Shown here: one piece after another, positions 24,963 to 35,195 of the stretch
Numbering within the stretch: the first letter of the stretch is position 1
Layout: each line of letters opens with the position of its first letter
Assembly: GCA_964252035.1 (NCBI GenBank)
Contig: OZ176200.1
Reading direction: 5' to 3' (one strand)
Origin: Podarcis erhardii
Lineage: Eukaryota
DNA: 64,000 bases
Notes under the pieces: model-generated
Told to the model about the DNA's origin: nothing
Seen by the model: the letters and a program-made list of their open reading frames with translations, nothing else
Databases searched by the model: none
Position numbers and translations under genes: made by a program

Positions 24963-26280
24963 CTCTTAGTCCTGTTCAGCTTGGTTCCCCCCGACCAAGT
25001 TCAGAAAATGGTTGTTGTTTTCAGAGCAATGACATAGCAACACAATTTCCCCCTATCTACACAGCATGCCGTGCTCCTACGCTGTTCAGTTGTGGTGTAT
25101 ATTTCTGCTCGTGGGTGGGCGCCATTGAGCCAGTTATTTGGCATCTGTGATGGGGATTAATGTGGAGCTAGCAGCATTAGTCACAGTGGCATGGAGGTAT
25201 GGCTTTTGGTCCATTGAAGCAGAGACAGAAAGTCTTCCAGAGCATACCCATATCTGTTCACAGTCAAACAATAGATTATCTTTGCCTTGAACAAGCATGT
25301 GGAAGCGAAATGTTTCATTGCTGCACACCACCCCGATATTGCAGTATAGAAATGGTGGCATATAATTACTTTTAAATAAAACTAATGGGTAGTACTGTAC
25401 TAATTTTTGAGCAAAGCACAGCTCTCTGCCCAGCAACTTGGAAGAAGAACTAATTCTCAGCTCTGTACAGAGAATTATGATTTTAGTGTTTTCCCCTGCT
25501 GCTGCCCCCCCCTTTAAAGTAAGCTCAGGAATATGCTGCAAGCTCAAGGCTTGCTAGCGTGGCCTTTTCAAGGCTGGACCCACAACAGTAGAACTCCCTT
25601 ATGCCAAAAAAGGAAGAAGGAAAAAAACCACCAATCCTACTTGGCTGGCCTCCTTTTTTGGAGAGCTGTAAATATTCTTTTCTCTTTTCTTTTCTTTTCG
25701 ACGCTCTCTCCAGTCAGTCGGTGGTTGAGAGTTGCCATTGTGACCTCCAATTTTACATGGAAATTGATTTGAACTTCTTATAGGTTTATATTCATAATTC
25801 CTTTATTCATTTGGATTTGAAATGTCATAATATTTTGTTATGCTTTGAGGATATAAATGCATACATGTCAGTAAAAGCCAGTGGCTTCATAGTGGAAGCC
25901 TTAACCAGTCAGGTATCAAAACAGCACATGAAAAGCCCCTGTCTTTGCCTGTCCTGTCTAGCCCCCTGAAACACAGCTTGTAAACTACAGGTCCTGCATG
26001 CGGAATCTTGGAGCTCTGACAAAGACTGTGTTAGCTCCCAATCTGCCAGTTCTGCACTCTTCCCCCCACCCTCTTTCCTCTTATGCTTCCTGAAACAACT
26101 CAGAGAGGGGTGCCTGTGTGAGCACACCCTGATCAATCCCTTCAAGGAAAGGGGATGGATTAAGGTGAGATGAAGCAGGAAGAGGGATGTCTTCCCTGGT
26201 TTTTTCTTTTCTCTTTTCTTCTAGAAACATCGTACAGAAGAGAGGAGAATGGTGGCTATGTTTTCTGTCAGGGGCTAGCC

Positions 26281-26505
26281 CAGGGGCCAGCAAACTTTTT
26301 CAGCTGTCCCTCAGACCTTGTGGGGGGGCCAGACTATATTTTGAAAAAAAATATGAATGAACTCCTATGCCCCACAAATAGCCCAGAGATGCATTTTAAA
26401 TAAAAGCACACATTCTACTCATGTAAAAACATGCTGATTCCCGGACAGTCCACAGGCCAGATTTAGAAGGCGATTGGGCTGGATCCGGCCCCAGGGCCTA
26501 GCCTG
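26281..26505 (-). mobile_element. Lacertid hAT (Charlie-like) non-autonomous element
   Basis: Reverse-orientation copy of the 18378/45053 family (caggggccagcaaactttttcag .. gggctggatccggcccc). Confidence 0.85.
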
Positions 26506-27052
26506 TCCTTCACTCTTGTACAAAGTGGCCCCAGTGGAAGTGTAATCGCCAGCCAGAATCTTAGATGTTTCTGAGTGCTTCATTCAGAGAGAGAGACTGA
26601 GCCAGGTCACATGGCTGAGTGAATTGTATTCCAAGCCTGTGTTCTATAACATTCTGTTTAGCAATGTCATCATCAGAAGACTTGTTTTCCTGATTCTATA
26701 ATTATTCTTTGGAATGCACTCCCACCCACTGTCTTCCCTCCCCCCACACTGCCAAGACAGCTTTTGTAACAATTGGACCAAGAGCAAGAAACTCATTGTG
26801 TGGGGCTGCTGGGGGTGGGCGGGGAGAGGAGATGCATTCAGCAAATTTCTACATACAAAAATGGCAAAAGTACTGTGTCACATCATAACTCAATGCTTGC
26901 AAATAGAAAGGAGGTGTGTGTATAACATAAGAGCCTGTTCCCAGTTAATATTTATTTCCTTTTAAGAAAACTGATTTTATTATTATTTTTCTGACAGAGC
27001 TACCTAAAGAAGTCATGCAATGGAAAGGTGGGAAGTTTCTATTGTTGTAGAT

Positions 27053-27168
27053 CACAGGAATCCTGTGAACTGCAACTCCCATCACTCTGAACCAGCATGG
27101 CCAATAGTCTGAGGTGGTGGAAGTTATAGTCCAACAACATCTGGAGTGCCAGAAGTTCCTCACCCCTG
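27053..27168. mobile_element. Palindromic MITE with partly deleted left arm and intact TSD
   Basis: actgcaactcccatca..gttatagtccaacaacatctggag..cacccctg; TTGTAGAT at 27045-27052 and 27169-27176. Confidence 0.8.
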
Positions 27169-28805
27169 TTGTAGATGTTCTTTCTCATCAGCTGGAGCTT
27201 TTGATAAATCAAATGCTGAAGTACAAAGTGCTTTCAGTATTGCAGACACTTCTTGATTGCTTTCACAAATTGTGTTGTGCCAGTCAGTGTTGACGTTGCA
27301 GGGAGCAGCTGCTGTAATGTTTGCACGGGCCCTGGTTGTCCGCATGCTAGGAGGACTTGCACTGCAAATGTGCAACCAAAGATGCTTATTTTTTTTAAGG
27401 TGCCCGCAGGATTCACCCAAGTGCTAAAGAGAGAGCATAGGAAGTCCTGACAAGAAGCAGCGTCTACTGTCCAAGGGGCTTGCTCAGCTGCGACAAGCCA
27501 AGGAGTAAATTAAATAACATTAAAAGATAAGAAACTGAGCTTGTACATCTCAGTGTAGTGACCTCTCCATTGATAAATGGTATATTTATGGTACCTCAGT
27601 TCTAAACCAGGTCTTTAAACACATTATCAACCTTTTGCTTGATTGTTGGGAGGTGGAGGTTTTTTTTTAATTGGAGGAAGGTCCAATTAAAAATGGGAGG
27701 AAGGTCAATTTTGAGCAGTTCAACTGGGCAGAGAATACATACATATTGACCTGAAAATGATAGACTATAGTATGTTATAAAATATGACCTGATTTTTCAT
27801 TAAGAAACTCCAACCGTAATGCAGAGGGGACATGACCGCATAGGGTACTTACTCCCCCTCCTAAAAATAGTTTCAGGAAGCAGTGTTCAGAAATAGAGTA
27901 AATAACAGGTTTGCTTGGCTAAACCTACTTTACCCAGTGAAAATGTTACGCAGTTTCAGGAAACAGTTCTAAATGCTAGGAAAGCAAATGTGATTGTCCT
28001 CTAATGTGCTTCTTCCCCAGTTTTGCTGCCGTACACTGGCATGATACATTGACTGGGGGTCAAGTGATATGTTCTGAGGGCTAACAGGAGCAGCATTCAG
28101 CGTACTGCCTCTGTTTAAACACTGCCCCTCTTCTCCAGTGTAGTTTCATTGTACTTCTCTAAACTCCAACCCACATATGATAATAATCAACCCCATATTT
28201 GTTACAATAACAAGTCTCATTAGAACACTGGTTCCAATCATGGAGCGGCGGGTGGGAGGGAGGGTTTATTTAATGCTGGTGACTTCATCTGGAGTGATGT
28301 CACTGTTAAGGAAAAACACTGAACTCCCATGAAACAGTTCAGCCTTGGATTCCTTGCCCTTGTAAATCGTTGGCTTTAAAGAGACAAAGCATCCCATCCA
28401 GCACATCTAATCCTGGATGGTTTTCCATAGAACTAGGAACCATTCAGTCCATGAGCAGACTTAGAGAGCATCAGGGCATAAAGGCAATTAAAGAATACTG
28501 AGTATATGCTTGTCCAGTGTCCTTGTCACAGCAGAACAAACATTAGGCCCCACTGCCTTATCAAGCTCTCCTCTGTCACCAGTGTGGAGTACCCTTACAG
28601 TCCACACAAGTTCAGGAACTAGGAGCCAGGCCTCAATATCAGCTTCCTTCACTTCTCCCTTTATGATTCTTGCTCTGGTGTCAAAAAGCATGAAATGTAA
28701 AGGAGAGCAGAGCAGAGTGCAAAGGCCATAGAAGCTGGGTGCAGAAAGGGTGGCAGTCTGTGGAGCAGGAGATTCGGATATGTTCAGGCCAACGGGTTAG
28801 GAAAC

Positions 28806-28960
28806 TAGGAAGGTGCTGCACACTGAGTCAGGCCCATTGGTCCATCTAGCTCAGTATTGTCTACACTGACTGGCAGTGGCTCTCTGGGGTTTCAGATGAC
28901 ATTCCCAGTGCTACATGGAGATGGCAAGGATTGAAACTGGGATGTTGTGCATGCAAATAG
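28806..28960 (-). mobile_element. Squam2-like SINE fragment
   Basis: taggaag..ctgagtcaggcccattggtccatctagctcagtattgtctacactgactggcag..gattgaaactggg; a related short fragment lies at about 16637-16700. Confidence 0.75.
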
Positions 28961-29243
28961 GGACTAGAGGGCCAGCAGTGGCAAGTGGCAAAGAGCTTAC
29001 ACGTTGGAGAGTTGAGCGTGCAGTGGGGTGCTCACACCACCAGGGCAACTGGGGATGGCAGCAGTGCCATATTTTAAGAGACAAAATGTGAGAAGGTGAC
29101 ACATTGGGATTTGATAGCAAGAGGGTTTTTTTCTGAATTAACCACTGGCCTTACAAAACCTTCCTTGCCCTCATAAAAATGGATAATTTAGTTGTGACAA
29201 TTAATTTCATTTAAATTGTTCCCCGGCTGACCTGGAATGAATA

Positions 29244-29469
29244 CAGTGGTACCTCGGGTTAAGAACTTAATTCGTTCTGGAGGTCCGTTCTTAACCTGAA
29301 ACTGTTCTTAACCTGAAGCACCACTTTAGCTAATGGGGCCTCCTGCTGCCGCTGCGCTGCCGGAGCACGATTTCTGTTCTCATCCTGAAGCAAAGTTCTT
29401 AACCTGAAGCACTATTTCTGGGTTAGCGGAGTGTGTAACCTGAAGCGTCTGTAACCTGAGGTACCACTG
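29244..29469 (+). mobile_element. Full-length 226-bp Tc1/mariner-type MITE
   Basis: TIRs CAGTGGTACCTC / GAGGTACCACTG flanked by TA on both sides (29242-29243, 29470-29471). Confidence 0.95.
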
Positions 29470-30496
29470 TACTTGTGTGCATTCTGTTATATGCATTGTG
29501 TGGTTGGTGTTGGCATGAAAAGGTGTTGGGAGGCAAAGTCTAGTTGAGCCCTGGTTCCAGCTTAACGAATGGGCAAATGTTGTGGTGCAGATTTGCTCTT
29601 AAAAACAATGCTTTCATGATGGAGCAGGAGCTGGGCAATGGCCAGAAATAAGGACTGCTTGGGACTCCTGTTCAGAACAGTCTTTAATGAGATACATAGT
29701 TTTCTCCTGGGTGTGGAGGTAGTGGAGAGGTGAAGTTCAAAGAGTTTCAGGAAGAGGATGTAATGTACTGCACTGCGACCCCTGATCACAAGGGAGATGC
29801 AATGGATTGTGCAGGAAACTGCCAGCTCAGACGTTAGCTGCTCAGGCTAGTACTCTGCCCACTATACCACACTTCCTTCTGCTTTCTGTTGGTGCTTTGG
29901 GACCAAGCTTGTATCAAATGGATGAGCAGGGCTGCACAGCCTTCTAAAGCTTCAGTTTGCTGTGCAGATATATTGACGTGCAAAAACAAAAGGCACCAGA
30001 GCTGCTTCTTTTACCCCTGCCACCTGCCATTCACTAGGGTGGTTGGAGGAAGCGGGGAAAGGGATGTTGTCCCTTTAAGCAGCTGAGCGAACCATATGCC
30101 AGTAGCGTAGCCCTTGAGTTAAACTGCATGTCTGTGTGCTGAGTAAGGAATGCGGTTGCATGCCTGACCCGTTAGCTATGACTGCTCCTTAGTGGATCAG
30201 CACGGCTGTTGCTCATGTGCTGATCTCATTCAGCCTCACTGGAGCTGGCGCTGCACATACACAAGGAGTGGAGAGAGGGGGAGAATCGTTCTGCTGAGAA
30301 GGAGCAGGAGTATTCCTGTCCTGCTCCCTCCCTCCCTCCCCTTTTTTATTTCTCCAAGAAGCTGGATCTAGGGGTGTTTCGGGCTCCCCTACTTTTTTGG
30401 GGAAATAAGGAGGCTTCCACCCACCCACCTCTGGCAACTGTTGTTTTGCGAGGGCAGGAGGTAGCTCTTGGAGAGAGACGCAGCGCAGCTGCCTGG

Positions 30497-30614
30497 ATGC
30501 CTTTGGATGTTATGATTGCTCCCTCTGAGGACCAGTTCTGGCCAGACATGCACAAAGAGCAGATGAAGCTGAAAATCAGGGTGAGACGGATGAAGGAGAG
30601 CAGGGAGATGCGAG
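30497..30614 (+). CDS. DUSP8: Candidate alternative DUSP8 coding exon giving a new 39-aa N-terminus (MPLDVMIAPSEDQFWPDMHKEQMKLKIRVRRMKESREMR)
   Basis: ATG at 30497; 118 nt (39 codons + 1) ending at GAG|GTtggt. The phase-1 donor joins exon 44741 in frame (..EMR-G-GFATF..). Protein-like composition. No transcript evidence available here. Confidence 0.7.
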
Positions 30615-33600
30615 GTTGGTTCCCTGGATTTCCCATCCCTTTTAGATGGGGGGTGTGCATGAGAAGTGAATGGGGATGGGACTGGAGTGTGCTGGGGGGG
30701 GGTGCGGGGGGGATGGAGGAATCAATTCTGTTGCCTGAACCATGTCTCCTGCCTCCTGAGTGTGCCAAGTGGGGAGGAGATTGGCAGCTGGCATCTTGCC
30801 ATCACAGGACTGGGACAAGTTTAAAATTCTGGCGGCAGGAGGGGGAGAATGCCCATCATTTCTCCAGCCTTCGCAGATGCAGGACACAACAGGCAGCAAT
30901 CCTAAGCATGCGCATGAAAATCTCATTCGTGAGACTTACTTCTGAGTCAACATGTTCAGAATTGGGCTGTTGGAATGTGACAGAGTAACACTCCCCCTTC
31001 CCCAGAATAATCAGAAAATGTGCTGCTCTTTCAGTGTGGGTCTTCTCTCTCTCTCTCTCTGTCTGCTGCAAGAAGATGGGCATTGGGTTATGCTTGCCTT
31101 GAGTCCCTCTGTGTTCCTGCATGTGCAGTGCTGCAGCACTCATCTGAAAAAAGAGTTGCTTCCCCTTTAACAGGGTCTGGATTTTTTTAAAAAGGATGGG
31201 GGGGGGTCCTTAATTTCACAATGAACTGGGATCGTTAAAACTGGAATATAATGGGAAACTCAGAGGAGTGAGGCAGATTCTTCCTTTCTTATGTAACTCA
31301 CCACATTCTCCAGGGCAGAAGGGTAGGGAGCTGTGGAAATTTCCTGGGGACATCTCCATGCATGAGAAAGCATCTTGCATTCACTGCTACCTTCTTTAGA
31401 GGTCACTTTCTATCCAGTGGATGTGCAGATGGAAGGAAAGGAAGGAAAGGAGGAATTACCTTCTAGAAAGGCAGAATAAGAGAAGAGGCATCGAGGAAGG
31501 TGGGGGCACTATGCTGTCCATAGCTTTAGATCTTGTGCATTTGCTTTGCTGCTCAATATGCCTGACTGCATTTCTCTACTGAGAATGACTCCTTTATTGA
31601 AAAGGCATCCATAGTGGTTTATTACTCGCAGGGCTAGCCCGAAAGGTGAGAAGAGAAATGAAAAGCAGCTTTAAAAAAGTAGAATGACCTACTTTTACCA
31701 AACGATGGAACCATGAAACTTTCCCACAGCCCTTGCACTCTTTACAAAATCAGAATTCTCCTGCAGTGCTTGGAAGCCCTTTTGTGTCATGAGATGCATA
31801 GCCCAGCGATTGTGTCATTAGTAATAAGTCATTTATGGAAATGACACATTTTTCTTTACTTAGAACCAGTAGAGCTGGTCCTGGTGAGGCACATTTACCA
31901 GAGGAAAATCTAGACCAGCAACTCAGGAGGGCTGATTCTTTCAAGGGTGTTATTGCCCAATGCTTTTAAAAAAATATATATTGGTGTTAATGGTTGCTTT
32001 CCTATTTATGTAAGGTCTTGCACCTTGGAGAAATATAACAGTTGGCAAAGATTCAAAAAATGAAGCATGACTTACTTGAGGACAGGGAATGTGGAGTTTC
32101 CCCCCACTCTCCCTTATGGATTCTTCTTTCTGTTGTACACGCAACCCAAAACTGCCTGCCCAACAGATGTTAGTTAGCTCAGTAAAAGCAAGAAGCATAC
32201 TTACTTCTATCCTCTGATACTAGTATAGACAATCAGAACTGGCTATATGCTGCATATAACATGCCTAAAACATTTGTGTGTGTGACAAGGGGGAGCATAG
32301 AATGGGTAGAAGTGTGCCTAGAGGTTTGGGTCTTTGTATGGTGGTGAACTAAGGTTCCTGTTCCTTCAGCTAGGAAGAATTTAGATGTGATAGTCTTTCA
32401 TCTGACAAATGATTGAGCTTCCTCACACAATGGCAGTGTCAAAATTGTCTGAATTGGGGGGAACAGAAAGCAACCACCCCAGAGTTAAAGATACCTGATG
32501 ATGATGATGATGATGGCACCAGCAAAAGTGCCACCAGCCATGATGACAAAGGCATGAAAACAGAGATTACTTGATGCAGCACAGGAAGATGGTGAGAGTC
32601 AATATAGCAGGGGGCTGTGAGGGGAACAGCTGCAAAGACCAACCGAACCCTTTCACTGCAGTAATAGAATTCAAATAGGAACTTGATGAGGTAAGATCCT
32701 AAAGCCATTTAAAATGAGGGATCAGGGGAGGCAGTCTCCAGAGACCTAAGAGAGAGTGTCAGTTCTTTTTCCCCCCTTTTCAGAAAGCTGCTTTAACTGC
32801 CATTTTAGAAGCCGGTGTTTGGCTCTGGCGAAACAGCAAATGTTGCCCTTGCAAAAGGGGCCAGTGAGGCTGCATTGAAAAAATGTGCTGAACGTTCCAT
32901 CCGCTTTGATACATACGAAAAGGGGCTTTATGTGGAATTGGCCAAGGTCCAGCAATGGGTGAGATAATCGAGCCGATATAAGGAGTAGAACACCATTTGT
33001 TACTTGAGGAAGGAAGTCAGAACTGACTTTTGCTAATCCTAGAAGGGGTGGGGGTGGGGAATGCAGCCAAGTGTCCTTTCCTCATGAATTTCAGAGAATA
33101 TTTTGCTGTTTCAGGTCTTGATATATCCCACCCACACTCTTCAGTTATGACAGCTCTCCCTTACTTAGCCTCATAAGAACAGAGGCCAAATTCCCATAGC
33201 AATATAGTGTGATCTACCTCTGTCACTTGCTTGTTCTGCTGTTTCTCCATACTCAAAAATGCATACCTGTGCATGGGAGTGAAGGTGTGAAGTAGCCCTG
33301 GAAGTGGTGTCACTGCTCTCCTCCTACTTATTTAGCTCTGTTGAGAGAGTAACAATGCTCCAGTATGACAGCTAAGCAGGGTTTTGTATGTGACCAAAAC
33401 ATATAGCTCATGCTGGAGGACTCTGCTTTGTGTGGGAACAAAAGAACCAAAATCAGGGCTGTTGTCTTGCACGTAAAGGCAAGACAGCAGAGCAGACCAT
33501 CTAGCTGCAAAAAGGAAGTAATGGTTGTGAAAGCCAAGGAATTTTCTATGGCAGGACTGAGTAAGATTTTCAAGTGCTGTGATTTCATCATTGGCAAGGC

Positions 33601-33919
33601 TTGTAATGGAAGCCGTCCTTAAGCAAAAGTACCCCCCGCCCCCGCCACAGCCACCGCACACCCCTAATGTAAGAGATCGAAGCTAGAATGTAGGAGACTG
33701 GGCTTTTCTCAGACATTTACAGGAGGAAACACAGAATGAAGGTGTTTTGATACAGGCACACAGTTCCCCTTTTGTGGCTTATCTGTTCCTGACACTTATT
33801 TACCTGGTCATCTCTTCCATACTTAAGGCACTGAGTTAACTGCTGTTGAATAAAGTGTGTGGTGAGTTAATAATAATAATAATATCAGCACTACCACTGG
33901 CTTGGTAATGGATGATTTT

Positions 33920-35195
33920 CACATATGGGGAGAAGTGAAAATGACATTGAACCGTATATCTTGAATTCAGTAAGCCTTTTGACAAAGTCCCCCATGATAT
34001 TATTGGGGAGAAGCTGGTAATATAAGGGCTGGACAAGGTCACCGTTAGGTGGATTTGTAGCTAACTGAACCCCAAGAGTGCTCACTAATGGTTCCTCATC
34101 ATCTTGGAAAAAAGGGACAAGTGGGATGCTGCAGGGTTCTGTCCTAGGCCCATTGTTGTTCAGCATCTTTATAAATAACTTGGATGAATGAACTAAGGGG
34201 ATGCTCATGAAATTTGCAGACAACGCCAAGCTGGGAGGGGTAGCCAATGCCTTGGAAGACAGAATCAGGATTCAAAATGACCTTAATAAATTGGGAAACT
34301 GGGCCAAAACTAACTAAATGAATTCCAATAGGGAGAAATATCAGGTTCTATACTTAGGCAGGAAGAACCAGCTGCACAAATATAAGATGCTGGGCACCTA
34401 GATTGCCAGTAGTACATGTAAAAAGGATCTAGGGGTCTTAGTAGATCACAGTTTGAACATGAATCAACAGTGTGATGCAGCAACAAAAAAGGCTAATGCT
34501 CTTCTATGCTGTGTCAACAGAAGTACAGTGGTACCTCCGGTTGCGAACGGGATCCGTTCCGGAGCTCTGGTCGCATCCTGAGGAATTTCCAAAAGGAGGT
34601 GATGCTTCTGCGCATGCACGTGACACGGTTTAACTCTTCTGTGCATGTGTGCAGTACATAGAGCACTTGCGTGTGGGGAGAAACCCTGCAAAATATTTCT
34701 GGGTTTGCCACATACATATCCTAAAGGATACATAACCAGAGGTGAACGCAAGTAGAGGTACCACTGTATAGTGTTCCAATCAAGGGAAGTTATAGTCCCA
34801 CTCTATTCTGCCTTTGGCAGACCACACTTGCAGTACAGTTCTGGGCACTACAATTTAAGAAGGATATTGAGGAACACGTGCAGAGAAGGGTAACCAAGAT
34901 GATAAAGAGTGTGGAAACCAAACCTTATGAGGAATAGTTGTGGGAATTGGATATGTTTAGCCTGGAAAAGAGGAGACTAAGAGAAGATATAATGGCCATC
35001 TTCAAATATCTAAAGGGCTGTCACATAAAATATGGAACAAGCTTGTCTTCTCCTGCTCTGGAGTGTAGAACCCGAACCAATGGCTTCAAGTTAAAAGAAA
35101 GGAGATTCCAACTAAACCTCAGGAAGAACTTTCCAACAGTAAGAGCTGTTTGACAGTGGAATAGACTTCCTCAGGTGGTGGTGGACTCTCCATTT
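33920..35195 (+). mobile_element. Decayed CR1 LINE ORF2 (reverse transcriptase and C-terminus)
   Basis: Degenerate RT motifs: ..FSKPFDKVPHD (about 33965-34000), QGSVLGPLLFSIFINNLD (about 34130-34185), KFADNAKL (about 34210-34235); many stops and frameshifts. Confidence 0.93.
34526..34766. mobile_element. Tc1/mariner (Tigger-like) MITE nested in the CR1
   Basis: TIRs CAGTGGTACCTC / GAGGTACCACTG with TA duplicated at 34524-34525 and 34767-34768; removing it restores CR1 ..cagaagTAtagtgttcc.. . Confidence 0.93.

Noticed and set aside
30615-30988. Remainder of the 204-aa ORF (WFPGFPIPFRWG..) past the donor
   Set aside because: Runs through G-rich intron with low-complexity, non-protein-like sequence; only the part before 30614 fits the DUSP8 splice phase.
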